Shown one piece after another: positions 20,209-29,668 of a stretch of DNA of 64,000 nt. Location: positions 1-64,000 of the forward strand of contig JBBRSP010000033.1 in NCBI GenBank assembly GCA_038245295.1, given 5' to 3'. A model generated the notes under the pieces. That model was not told the origin of the DNA and did no database searches. It was given only the letters and a program-made list of their open reading frames with translations. Positions within the stretch are counted from its first letter, which is position 1. Each line of letters begins with the position of its first letter. This stretch comes from Candidatus Binatia bacterium. GTDB lineage: Bacteria; Desulfobacterota; Binatia; HRBIN30. Both the position numbers and the translations under genes were made by a program.

Positions 20209-21086
20209 TGTGCGGCCTCCTCTCGCTCCGGGCTGCCCGACCAACGCCATGCCACGGTGCGGCGCGAGATGCCGAGCATCATGCCGCCGAGCGCTGATGG
20301 ATGCAGGAAGATCGTGTCGGGTTGTTTGCCGGGGCGCTTGTCCGGCGTCGGCTCTACCGTGTGCCCGGCGCCGAGCTCCGCGGCGCGGGCGGCGATCGTC
20401 GCCAGGTCGTCGGCTTCGGCGAAGGCCATGTAGAGGCTTGCACCGACGCGTGCGAAGAACCGTCCCATCGTATTGGCCGGATTGCGCGGCGTGATCACCT
20501 CGATGCGATCCAGCTGGCCGGCGCGGAACAGGGTGAGTGTTCCGTCATAGCCGTAGTGTGGCGAGTTGATCGGCACAAAGGCGCTCGCGTCGAGCCCGAA
20601 CAAACGCGCCAAGCCATCGACGGCGCCCGGCGCGTCATCGACGAGATTGGTGACCTCATAGAAATGGTCGATGGTGCCAATCGCCACCCGTTCTTCGTCG
20701 GGGCTAATGACCAGGCGCAACCCATGACCACCGCTAAGGGCCGCATCGACGTGCAGCTGGCCCGCCTCGTGCGGCGCGTGGACACCGGCGTGGCGCAATT
20801 GTTTCTCCAGAGCTGCCAGATCGGGCGTCGCCACGCCGGCAGCAAACAGGTGGCCGCCGCGCTTGGCGACGGCGTCGGCAACCACGCCGCCGCCGTCGGG
20901 CACGAGGAACTCGATGGCCCCGTTGCCGACGCGATAACGAAAACGCCGCGCCGCCAGAGCGGCTAGACGATCCTCGCTCGCTAGCTCAGCACCGAGAATT
21001 GCAATCCAGCCGCGCGCCGCCGCGGCATGATCCGGCACAGCCATCTGGAGGCGATCGATTCGTGTCAGCACGCTGTTCTCCTTCAT
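20205..21086 (-). CDS. VOC/glyoxalase family protein (two domains)
   Basis: RIDRLQMAVPD, IFLHPSALGGMMLGI. Confidence 0.75.
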   Translation of the reverse strand: MKENSVLTRIDRLQMAVPDHAAAARGWIAILGAELASEDRLAALAARRFRYRVGNGAIEFLVPDGGGVVADAVAKRGGHLFAAGVATPDLAALEKQLRHAGVHAPHEAGQLHVDAALSGGHGLRLVISPDEERVAIGTIDHFYEVTNLVDDAPGAVDGLARLFGLDASAFVPINSPHYGYDGTLTLFRAGQLDRIEVITPRNPANTMGRFFARVGASLYMAFAEADDLATIAARAAELGAGHTVEPTPDKRPGKQPDTIFLHPSALGGMMLGISRRTVAWRWSGSPEREEAAQ

Positions 21087-21234
21087 CCGTTGTCGAACGC
21101 GTAACCCCGTTTACGTTACTCGATCAACGGAGGGGGCGGGAGTGGGCTTTTGTGATCCGAGGTCAGGCCCATCCAAGCAGATGAAAGCGGTTACGCGGTT
21201 GGCGGTTGTGCAGTTCAGCATTGTGGTCCTGGGT

Positions 21235-21260
21235 GGTAGGCGCACGGCTTTAGCCTGCGC
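21235..21260. repeat. GTAG-type REP (GGTAGGCGCA-GGCTTTAGCC-TGCG); further copies 24247-24276, 24306-24330, 28059-28134 (inverted pair), 29161-29178, 63427-63502 (inverted pair)
   Basis: Directly visible near-identical palindromes, all intergenic. Confidence 0.85.
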
Positions 21261-21402
21261 TTCTGCCCGCTCTGGCTCAGCTTCGGCTCCTCAGCCCAGG
21301 CACCCATACGACTTACAAATCTCGTTCCCAACTACTGCCGCAGCGGTTGGCGTATCATCCATGGTTGCGCTGAGCGGCGAGGCGTCGCAGGTGCGCTAGG
21401 TT

Positions 21403-21573
21403 CTACGCCGGAATCGGATCGATACGTTCCAGGCGAACCTTACGATCGGGAGATCCATCGAGCAGTTGCATCGCCGTTCGGCAAGCCGACTCAATTGCCT
21501 CGGCACGTTCCTCGACAGAACGATCTGCCCATGAAGGGGCGGGGATTAGCTTTGGCCAAGGCGAGTCGCCCAT
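21403..21573 (-). pseudogene. Small ORF (56 aa), possible remnant partner of the adjacent nucleotidyltransferase fragment
   Basis: MGDSPW...WADRSVEERAEAIESACRTAMQLL...RIDPIPA*; protein-like, no clear RBS. Confidence 0.35.
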
Positions 21574-21602
21574 ACGGGTCGTCTACACCGATTGGCGGGT
21601 GG

Positions 21603-21737
21603 TCAACAAGTCGAGCCATCCTTGGGATTGGCGGCAACGGTCACGTCGATGTCGGCGGTGAAGCGCGGTTCAGTCCACGCATTTACGGCATGCGCGCCGA
21701 TTATGGCGTAGGCTACGCTGGAGGCTTCGAGGATCTC
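21603..21737 (-). pseudogene. Fragment of a nucleotidyltransferase (toxin-antitoxin type)
   Basis: Manual translation EILEASSVAYAIIGAHAVNAWTEPRFTADIDVTV: G-A-x-A...PRxTxDID motif; no start, early stop, abuts MITE debris. Confidence 0.7.
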
Positions 21738-21758
21738 GTACGAGGCTCAGACCGTCGG

Positions 21759-21930
21759 CCAGCAGGGGGAGATCCCGGTTTTCACCGGGATGACGTTGCT
21801 CCACTTTGGTTTTACGACACACTCGTTAGCCGGGACGGCATCACCAGAACCTCTGTTCCAGAGAAGATCGACAGTCTCGTTCGCCGGAATGCCCCATCCT
21901 CGCCGCCTCGGTTTTCAAATGGACCCACTA
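21759..21930. mobile_element. Composite MITE remnant (half of family B plus end of family C)
   Basis: 21759-21824 matches reverse complement of 29406-29470; 21860-21930 matches reverse complement of 29233-29303. Confidence 0.75.
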
Positions 21931-22014
21931 CACCCTTCCTCTGTCGGATTGATCGAGGTCGTGAATCATGCGCCATAGTGGCGGCGAAGTGATTTCTTGC
22001 AAGGAGGATGTCGT

Positions 22015-22422
22015 ATGGAGCTCACCGGTCGATGTTATTGCGGGGCGCTGCGCTTCAAGGCTGTCGGCGATCCGTTCTTCAAAGGGCAGTGCCACTGTCG
22101 TGAATGCCAGTACATTTCCGGTGGTAATCCGAACGTCGTGATGGGCGTGCCGGCTGCCGGCTTCGAGTATACTCAGGGGACACCGAAACAGTTCCGCCGC
22201 ACCGATCTCGACAATCCCGTCACGCGGGAGTTTTGCGGCGAGTGCGGCACGCACATCCTGGCGAAGGGTGAGCGTATGCCCGGCGTCGTCATCTTGAAGG
22301 TTGGTGTGCTCGACGACCCGAGTGTCTACGGCGCCCCGCAGATGGCCATCTTCACCATCGACAAGCAGTCGTTCCATCACATCCCGGAGGGTGTGCCGAC
22401 GTTCGAGCGAGCGCCTGGCTGA
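22015..22422 (+). CDS. GFA/CENP-V family protein
   Basis: GRCYCG, CHCRECQ, FCGECGT. Confidence 0.92.
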   Translation: MELTGRCYCGALRFKAVGDPFFKGQCHCRECQYISGGNPNVVMGVPAAGFEYTQGTPKQFRRTDLDNPVTREFCGECGTHILAKGERMPGVVILKVGVLDDPSVYGAPQMAIFTIDKQSFHHIPEGVPTFERAPG

Positions 22423-22432
22423 TTCGTTGAAC

Positions 22433-23020
22433 GTGGGGTTGCAGAGGTGGGCGCCGCGCCGCGGCGCGCTCCGATTCGGTAGATCCGGCTTCTTGCGGGT
22501 GGCGGTTGCCGTTCTCCTTTGTGGGGCGGCGCAGACGGCTTCAGCGGAGCTTCTCCGGCGCGCTGTGATCTCCGGCGGCGGCCACGCGTTCGCCGTGACC
22601 GCCCCGAACGCCTGGGTCTTGGACACATCCAGCGGCGCCACCCAGGGGCTCAACGCCGTCTTGTATCCGAAGCAAGGCTCGTGGGAGGACTCACCCGCCG
22701 TCATGTACGTAAGCGCCACCAGTCGCGTGCCGGAGCAACCCTTGGCGAACTTCGTCGGTGCTGAGTTGGCCCGGCTGCGCGCCGCGAATCCCAAGGTCAG
22801 AGCCGCAGCCCTACCGGCAATCCAGACGCACGACGGCAAACGCGCCAGCGTCTGGCACCTGGAAGGCGATCGCTGGGGCAATCACGAAGCGATCGCCTAC
22901 ATCGAGGAGCAATCGGTTTTCGTGACGATCGTGCTGACCGCGCGCCGCGCCGGCGACTACAAAGCGGCGCTCCCCGCCTTCACGGCTCTTGTGAAGACGT
23001 ACGAGGCGACCGTCGATTGA
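22433..23020 (+). CDS. Secreted hypothetical protein
   Basis: Signal-like VAVAVLLCGAAQTASA followed by globular domain; start uncertain. Confidence 0.6.
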   Translation: MGLQRWAPRRGALRFGRSGFLRVAVAVLLCGAAQTASAELLRRAVISGGGHAFAVTAPNAWVLDTSSGATQGLNAVLYPKQGSWEDSPAVMYVSATSRVPEQPLANFVGAELARLRAANPKVRAAALPAIQTHDGKRASVWHLEGDRWGNHEAIAYIEEQSVFVTIVLTARRAGDYKAALPAFTALVKTYEATVD

Positions 23021-23346
23021 TCCACCGGCGCCGCAGAGCCGAAACCCTGATGCCTGGGCTCAGCATGTTGGCCCGAACAAGAATGCATATTTGCAGATCC
23101 GCCTGAGCCCGCTTTGCCCGGCAATTGCGTTCGACGTTGGTGCCTCCTCAGCGCGAACGGAAAACCCTCCTGAAATCAAAGCACCCCGTTCGGGCTGAGG
23201 AGGCCCACTTGGTGAAATCCCATCCGTGGTGCCCTTCGACGTAGCTCAGGGGCACGCCACTCAAAGCCTTGCGCGCATCGTGTACATTCTGCAAAGCCGC
23301 AGCGCCGCGCCCGCCGTTCGTGCGGGGATTGTATCCTGTCGTGCGC

Positions 23347-23363
23347 TTGGCACGGTTTCCGCA
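23347..23363 (+). promoter_or_regulatory. Candidate sigma54 promoter
   Basis: TTGGCACG-GTTTCC-GCA with GG-N10-GC spacing, ~50 bp before ATG 23415. Confidence 0.5.
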
Positions 23364-23414
23364 CTTCGCGTTTGGTCACGATTGTCCAAATCAATACGTG
23401 TGGAGGAACTACCG

Positions 23415-24215
23415 ATGAACGCGATTACACTTCTCAAACAGGATCATCTCGCCGTGGCCAAGCTGTTTCGTGAGTTCGAAGCGGCGGGCGACGGCGCACA
23501 CAAGCACAAGCAACAGATTGCCCAGAAGGCATTCGACGCGCTGGAGCTGCACACCAGGCTCGAGGAGGAATTGTTCTACCCGGCGATCGAAACGGCGGGC
23601 AAGGACGAACACGGACCCTCGGCCGAAGCGGAGCGTATGGTGGCCGAAGCCCGCGAGGAGCACCGCGTCGTCAAGGCGCTAATCAGTCAGTTGAAGGGTA
23701 CGGCGCCGGGTGTTGAGTTCGATGCGACGTTCAAGGTCATGGCCGAGAATGTCGAGCACCATGTGGAGGAGGAGGAGAGCGAGCTGTTTCCTCTGACGCA
23801 GAAGTTGCTGGGCGCGGCCGAGCTCGAAGAAATCGGAGGAAAGATGGAAGCCGTCAAGAAGGAATCATCGAAGCCGTCGCTGATGAGCGAGACGTTTCAG
23901 CAGGCCAAGGACCTCGTCACCAGGGTAGTCGACTCGATGACTGGCGACTCGACGCCGAAGGCGCACGCGCGTCGCGCGTCGAAGGTCCATGTCAAGACGG
24001 CTCGAACCCATAGCAAGGCGGCGAATGCCGGGAAGAAGGTTGTTGCGAAGGCGTCCAAGGCCGCCCGTCCGGTAAAAGCCGCTGCCAAACACGCGGTGCG
24101 TAGCGTCGTTGCCAAGACCAAGAGTGTCGCCAAGAAGGCGAGTGCGGTGAAGCCCGCCGCACGTCGCAAGGTGGCACGCACCGCCACTCGTCGCACCAGC
24201 GCCGCCGCCTATTGA
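23415..24215 (+). CDS. Hemerythrin (HHE) domain protein with Lys/Ala-rich histone-like tail
   Basis: LKQDH, HTRLEEELFYP, EEH, HHVEEEESELFP; C-terminal ~85 aa K/A/R-rich; GGAGG RBS. Confidence 0.88.
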   Translation: MNAITLLKQDHLAVAKLFREFEAAGDGAHKHKQQIAQKAFDALELHTRLEEELFYPAIETAGKDEHGPSAEAERMVAEAREEHRVVKALISQLKGTAPGVEFDATFKVMAENVEHHVEEEESELFPLTQKLLGAAELEEIGGKMEAVKKESSKPSLMSETFQQAKDLVTRVVDSMTGDSTPKAHARRASKVHVKTARTHSKAANAGKKVVAKASKAARPVKAAAKHAVRSVVAKTKSVAKKASAVKPAARRKVARTATRRTSAAAY

Positions 24216-24663
24216 CACTCCCGGAAGCCAAGATCCGTGACGCGGAGGTGAGCGCAGGCTTCAACCTGCGCTCACCCGTTTGCGTTTCTGCCGTGTAATC
24301 AGAAGGGTAGGCGCAGGCTTTAGCCTGCGGAGGTGCGAAGCCGGGCCGAGTGGATTGGTTGACTACGGTCGACCGGGCCGGCGTCAGTCGCCTTCTGGGC
24401 GAATACACGTTCCATCATACCCCGGAGCGAGATCGCTGATCCGTAAGGCCCAACGATCGAAAAAACCTCAATCTTTTCAGACCCTATTCCTGCAAAACTC
24501 CCAAAAACGTTGAGTTCTGGTGGCTAGGTACCCCTAACCCGGTCGCTGAAACGCGATCCTGGGGCTTCCTGGTGCGTCGCCGGCCCGGCGGCGACGGGCT
24601 GAAAATGAACGGCCCAGCGTTATCGGTCCTCTTGGGCTACATGCGGCGCACTCAACTCCCGGT

Positions 24664-24816
24664 ACGCCCGCCGATGGTCTCTAATCGGAGCGCGCCACTG
24701 CGTGGCGCCCGGAGATGGAACCTTCCCCCTACGGGTTTGGATTCCAGCGATCGGCGCCACGCAGTGGCGCGCTCCGCGACGGGATCCACCACCCGCCCAA
24801 CAGGTCAAACTGAGAC
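24664..24816. mobile_element. MITE family A, truncated inverted copy
   Basis: Reverse-complement homology to 17090-17285, ends CAAACTGAGAC; other TIR missing. Confidence 0.8.
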
Positions 24817-24819
24817 GAC

Positions 24820-25893
24820 TCAGACGTCAACTTCGCAGCAATCGCCGAGCAGTAAGCGTTGGCGCGCGTGTTTGCCGCGGACTTTGGCGTTGCGACCGAT
24901 GACGCTGTCGACGAGCGGCGTCTCCAGGTTCAGTACTTCCGACCCATCCATGACGACGCAATTCTTGAGTGTCGCACCGCTGACCCGCACCGCTTCGCCC
25001 AGGGACACATGCGGACCGATCTGCGCGTTCTCGACGAGGGTGTTGGCGCCGATGACGACGGGTCCACGGATGGTGCTGGCAATCACGCGTGCGCCGACGG
25101 CGATCGACACGGTGCCGTCGATCTTCGATGTCGCGTCGATCGTGCCGAGAAGCAACGCGTCGAGACCATCCAGCATCGCGCGGTTAGCATCGAGGAGGTC
25201 TTCCGGCTTTCCCATGTCGGTCCAACGTCCTTCGGCGACAAAGGGGATAACCTGGAGGTCGTGATCGATTAGGTCCTGGATCGCGTCGGTGATTTCATAC
25301 TCATCGCGACGCGAGGGTTTGATGCGGCCAATCGACTCCCAGATGTGATGATCGAAAAGATAAACGCCGACGATCGCCAGGTCCGAGCGCGGCTCGTCCG
25401 GCTTCTCGACGAGGCGGACAATTCGACCGGCCTCGACCTCAGCGACGCCAAAGCGACGTGGATCGTCGACCGGCTTCAGCACGATGACGGCATTGGCGCC
25501 GGCTTCTCGAAAACATTGCGTAGCATTGACCAGGCCCTCCGGGAGAAGGCAGTCGCCGAGGTGGACGATGAACGGCTCGTTACCGATGAAGTCGGTGGCG
25601 CCGGCACAGGCATCCGCCAAGCCGCAGGCTCGCATTTGCATGATGTAGGTTACCTGCGCGCCGAACTTGGCTCCGTCCTGGATGGCCGTTTCGATCAGCG
25701 GCCGACTTTCCGGACTAACCACGATCCCAATCTGCGTGGCGCCGACACAGACGAGATTCTCGATCACGGAATGCAGAACCGGTTTGTTGGCGATCGGCAA
25801 GAGATGTTTTGCCGTGCTGAACGTAAACGGTCGCAGGCGGGTTCCGAGCCCGGCGCAAAGGACAAGTGCTTTCAATGCGTCTCCGGTGACCAC
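24820..25893 (-). CDS. Glucose-1-phosphate thymidylyltransferase, long form
   Basis: AGLGTRLRPFT..AKHLLPIANKP, EKP, EYEITDAIQ, C-terminal hexapeptide region. Confidence 0.9.
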   Translation of the reverse strand: MVTGDALKALVLCAGLGTRLRPFTFSTAKHLLPIANKPVLHSVIENLVCVGATQIGIVVSPESRPLIETAIQDGAKFGAQVTYIMQMRACGLADACAGATDFIGNEPFIVHLGDCLLPEGLVNATQCFREAGANAVIVLKPVDDPRRFGVAEVEAGRIVRLVEKPDEPRSDLAIVGVYLFDHHIWESIGRIKPSRRDEYEITDAIQDLIDHDLQVIPFVAEGRWTDMGKPEDLLDANRAMLDGLDALLLGTIDATSKIDGTVSIAVGARVIASTIRGPVVIGANTLVENAQIGPHVSLGEAVRVSGATLKNCVVMDGSEVLNLETPLVDSVIGRNAKVRGKHARQRLLLGDCCEVDV

Positions 25894-26846
25894 ATGTAGA
25901 GAAATTGCGGCGCCGGCGAGAGCGCGCCGAGCTCGATGTTGAGCAGATTGACTTGCGGCGCGCCGAGCGGTGAACGTGAGTATATGTTCTCGGCATACTC
26001 TTGCGAGCGCCGATAGACCACCACCTGCGCCTCGGAAATCTGTGCGCGTGTCTTGGCGGCGTCGATGGCGTCGTCGAGGTAGCCTATTTCGTCGATCAAC
26101 CCGGCGTCGCGCGCCTGGTTGGCGGTCAGGATGCGTCCGTCGAGCACCTCGCTGTTCGCCTTCGGTCGCCGTTGCTGGACAACGTCGACGAAGCGGCTGC
26201 GCATGTCGGTTAGGATCGTTTGCAGAAGCGCGCGTTCTTCCGGCGTCATCGGGCGCAACGGCGAGCCGACATCCTTGTTGGCGCCGGCTTTGATGGTTTG
26301 GTCCTTGATGCCGATCTTCTCCATCAGGCCCGAGAAGTTGACGCCGGAGAAAATGACGCCGACGCTGCCGGTGACCGTGGTCGGGGTGCTGCGGATTTCG
26401 TCAGCGGCCAACGCGATGTAGTAGGCGCCGGAAGTGCCCATATCGAGCATCTGCGCCACGATGGGTACGTGCTTGGTTGCTTTGAAGGCCATGAGCTCGT
26501 GGTAGATCATGTCGCTGGCGGTCACCGTGCCACCCGGGCTGTTGATGCGCAGGACGATGGCCCGCACGTGTTCGTCTTCGCCGGCGCGCTCGAGATCTTC
26601 GCGGATGGTCGAGGTCAGACTGGGGCGGGAGGACAGCCCGAAGGCCCCTGTGTTCTCGGAATTGCTGATCATGCCGGAGACGTCGACGATGAGAATCTTG
26701 TCGCGCCCTTCGCCGGAGACGGTTTGCTCCTGCAGCGGCTGGGGCCCGCCGCCGAAGGGATTGAGCGAGCCGTGAATGATGAAGCAGCCGGGCAGACCGG
26801 CAAGAGCCACGAAAGCGAAAGCGAGCAACCGACGCGATGATGCCAT
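25872..26846 (-). CDS. sppA: Signal peptide peptidase SppA (36K type, probable lipoprotein)
   Basis: LRINSPGGTV, SGAYYIA, TGSVGVI; LPGC lipobox-like. Confidence 0.92.
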   Translation of the reverse strand: MASSRRLLAFAFVALAGLPGCFIIHGSLNPFGGGPQPLQEQTVSGEGRDKILIVDVSGMISNSENTGAFGLSSRPSLTSTIREDLERAGEDEHVRAIVLRINSPGGTVTASDMIYHELMAFKATKHVPIVAQMLDMGTSGAYYIALAADEIRSTPTTVTGSVGVIFSGVNFSGLMEKIGIKDQTIKAGANKDVGSPLRPMTPEERALLQTILTDMRSRFVDVVQQRRPKANSEVLDGRILTANQARDAGLIDEIGYLDDAIDAAKTRAQISEAQVVVYRRSQEYAENIYSRSPLGAPQVNLLNIELGALSPAPQFLYMWSPETH

Positions 26847-26996
26847 TCCATCTCCCTCGAAAAACCTCGCCAGCATAGGTGGGGCTTGGCGGTGTCACAA
26901 GCGTTTCGCCGCGCCCTTCGGAGAAGAACGATCGACGTCACGCATCTTGCAGCACCGCCGCCGGCTCACTAGACGAAGTTGTCGGAGGGACCGTCG

Positions 26997-28049
26997 ATGC
27001 TCAAACACTCCAATGTCAAGACCTTCTGGGGGGCGCTTGCGATAAGCCTCGCCTGTGCCACGACCGCCATGGCCGCCGGGCAAGTCGTGAAATCAGGCAG
27101 CTATGAGCTGACTCTGCCGCTCGGCCTCGAAGCCGACGCGGCCTACATTCCGGACAACAATCCGCTGACGGCCGAAAAGATCGAGCTTGGCAAACTCCTT
27201 TACTTCGACAAGCGGCTGTCGAAGGACCAAACGATCGCCTGTGCCTCGTGCCACAACCCGAGCCACTGCTTCGCCGACTCGACGCCGACTTCCAAAGGCG
27301 TCGGCGGTTTGCTGGGTCGCCGCAACAGCCCGACCGTGATCAACCGACTGTTTTCCGACAAGCAGTTCTGGGATGGTCGCGCCGCCGACCTGGAAGAACA
27401 GGCCAAGGGACCGCTGACCAATCCCGTCGAGATGGCGATGGCGTCGCACGACGTCGTGGTGACGAACGTCAAGGCTGTGGCGGGCTACGCGCCCTACTTC
27501 GAGAAGGCGTTCGGAAGCGCCGACGTCAACATCGACAAGATTGCCCAGGCGATTGCGTCGTACGAACGCACGGTCGTTTCTGGGAACAGCCCGTTTGATC
27601 GCTACATGGCCGGCGACAAGGCCGCGATGAACGCCGCCGCGGTGCGCGGGATGGAGCTGTTCAATGGCAAGGGCAACTGCAAGACTTGTCACGCCGCGTT
27701 TAATTTCACCGACGAGAGTTATCACAACCTCGGCGTCGGCATGAAAAAGAAGAAGCCCGACCTCGGTCGCTACGAGCAGACGAAGGTTGAAGAAAACAAA
27801 GGCGCCTTCAAGACGCCGACGCTGCGTAACGTGGCGCAGGGTCCGCCGTACATGCACGACGGTTCCGAGAAGACCCTCACCTCCGTGATCGAGTTCTACA
27901 ACAAGGGTGGCACGCCGAATAAATGGCTATCGAAAGAGGTCAAGCCTCTGAAAATGAACAAGCAGGAAGTCGCCGATCTGGTGGCGTTCATGGAGGCATT
28001 GACCGGCGAGGTGCAGAACGCCTCGGTTCCGGCGAGTTTGCCGAAGTAA
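26997..28049 (+). CDS. Di-heme cytochrome c peroxidase / MauG family
   Basis: CASCH and CKTCH; QFWDGRA; FKTPTLRNV; PYMHDG; signal peptide. Confidence 0.92.
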   Translation: MLKHSNVKTFWGALAISLACATTAMAAGQVVKSGSYELTLPLGLEADAAYIPDNNPLTAEKIELGKLLYFDKRLSKDQTIACASCHNPSHCFADSTPTSKGVGGLLGRRNSPTVINRLFSDKQFWDGRAADLEEQAKGPLTNPVEMAMASHDVVVTNVKAVAGYAPYFEKAFGSADVNIDKIAQAIASYERTVVSGNSPFDRYMAGDKAAMNAAAVRGMELFNGKGNCKTCHAAFNFTDESYHNLGVGMKKKKPDLGRYEQTKVEENKGAFKTPTLRNVAQGPPYMHDGSEKTLTSVIEFYNKGGTPNKWLSKEVKPLKMNKQEVADLVAFMEALTGEVQNASVPASLPK

Positions 28050-28144
28050 CGCCTTATGCCGCAAGCTAAAGCTCGCGCCTACCAGCGCCGGCTCGCATTT
28101 TGACGGCATGGTAGGCGCAGGCTTCAGCTTGCGCTGTTACGGTC

Positions 28145-29083
28145 TTATCCGCGAAACGCCGGCAACACATGCTCGGCGAACAGCTTGGCTGGCTCGCGTG
28201 TATCGCGGCCGAAGAATTCCATGATGAACATCGTGCAGCCGCGATCGATGTGACGTTTGATGCGCTCGATGCACTGTGCCGGCGTGCCGGCGATGCTGTG
28301 GGAGCCGCCCGCACCCATGTGTCCGCCGTAGATCTGCGTCGCTTTCTCGACCTTGGCCTTGGCGTCGGCCTCGCTGTCGCCGATCACCACCATACACTGC
28401 TGCGAGATCGTCAGGCTGGCCGGATCGCGATCGATCAGGGCGCAATGTTCGCGTAGCTTGGCCACCTTGTCGGCCAGTTGTGCCTGGTGGATGGCCAGAT
28501 TGTTCCAGATCGTCGCGTGTTGCGCGGCGATGCGCATCAATACCTTCTCGCCGCCACCGCCGATCAGGATGGGCGGATGTGGCTGACGCACCGGCCGCGG
28601 CTCACAGAACACCGACGAAACACGGAAGTGTTTACCCTCGTAGCTGGCCGGGGCGTCTGTCCACATCAGTTTCATCACCGTTGCCGCCTCGTCCAGCTGT
28701 TCGAGACGCTCTTTGACGCTCGGGAACGGGTAGCCGTATCCGGAGAATTCTTGTTCGAACCAGCCGGAGCCGAGCCCGACGATGACGCGGCCGTTGCTGA
28801 TGTAGTCGACCGTCGCCGCCATCTTGGCGAGCAACGCCGGATTACGAAAGCCGATCGGTGACACCAGGGTCCCGAGCTGCACTTTGTGCGTGATCGCCGC
28901 CACCGCCGACAACGCCGTCCATGCTTCGAGGATCGGCAGATGGGGAGCCGGAACGCCGTACAGGTGATCGTTGAACCACACAGAGTCGAAGCCGAGCTCG
29001 TCGAAGGCGACGGCTGCCTGCTGCGTATCGGCCCAGGAGCGTTTGATCTGTGGCAGGGTGACGCCGAAGTGGACTGTAGGCAT
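28145..29083 (-). CDS. LLM-class F420-dependent oxidoreductase
   Basis: GFDSVWFNDH, RNPALLAKMAATVD, GLGSGW, PPILIGGGGEK. Confidence 0.9.
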   Translation of the reverse strand: MPTVHFGVTLPQIKRSWADTQQAAVAFDELGFDSVWFNDHLYGVPAPHLPILEAWTALSAVAAITHKVQLGTLVSPIGFRNPALLAKMAATVDYISNGRVIVGLGSGWFEQEFSGYGYPFPSVKERLEQLDEAATVMKLMWTDAPASYEGKHFRVSSVFCEPRPVRQPHPPILIGGGGEKVLMRIAAQHATIWNNLAIHQAQLADKVAKLREHCALIDRDPASLTISQQCMVVIGDSEADAKAKVEKATQIYGGHMGAGGSHSIAGTPAQCIERIKRHIDRGCTMFIMEFFGRDTREPAKLFAEHVLPAFRG

Positions 29084-29286
29084 GCTTCTTCCTCCGGCGG
29101 CTGCTCTACCACTACCCGTCTATTGTTTGAACCGGCGCACTCGTCCGCCATGCGGCGATCGGTAGGCGCAAGCTTTAGAAGGTGTTTCAAAACTGGCAAG
29201 GCCGGCTTCGACGGGCTCAGATCGCCTCTGTGGGTAGTAGGTCCATTTGAAAACCGAGGCGGCGAGGATTCGTCATTCCGGCGAAG

Positions 29287-29610
29287 GAGACTGTCGATTT
29301 TCTCGGATTCATCATTTGAAACCGCGCAAACACCTCCGTCATACCGGCGAAAGCCGGTATCTCCCAAGCACTTTTGGCCTTCCAGTCGAGGAGATCCCGG
29401 CTTTCGAGTCTGTCGTAAAACTAAAGTGGAGCAACGTCATCCCGGTGAACACCGGGATCTCCCCCTGCTGGACGCCTCGAAAGCTGGCGAGATACCGGCT
29501 TTCGCCGGTATGACGGATAGGTGTGCTCGGTTTCAAATATGGCTTCCGAGTAAATCGACACACTCTTTCGCCGGGATGACGTTCCTTCATATCAGTTTAT
29601 CGACAGTCTC
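29287..29610. mobile_element. MITE family B copy interrupted by a second family B copy
   Basis: Ends GAGACTGTCGAT / ATCGACAGTCTC; colinear with the uninterrupted copy at 34439-34597 once 29406-29569 is removed. Confidence 0.85.
29406..29565. mobile_element. MITE family B, inverted inner copy (160 bp)
   Basis: Ends GAGTCTGTCG / CGACACACTC; 4-bp TSD TTTC (29402-29405, 29566-29569). Confidence 0.85.
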
Positions 29611-29668
29611 TTCGCCGGGATGACCTTGCCGACCCTCGGGAATCAAACGGACCCACTACCACCCTGCT

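Larger units (their letters stand above)
29233..29660. mobile_element. MITE family C shell containing two nested family B copies
   Basis: TIR GGTAGTAGGTCCATTTGA / TCAAACGGACCCACTACC; no exact TSD seen. Confidence 0.7.

Noticed and set aside
21495..21992. 165-aa + strand ORF
   Set aside because: Runs across an antisense pseudogene fragment and MITE sequence.
29271..29625. Repeated palindromes as a possible CRISPR array
   Set aside because: Units alternate in orientation and are explained by nested MITEs; no cas genes in the window.
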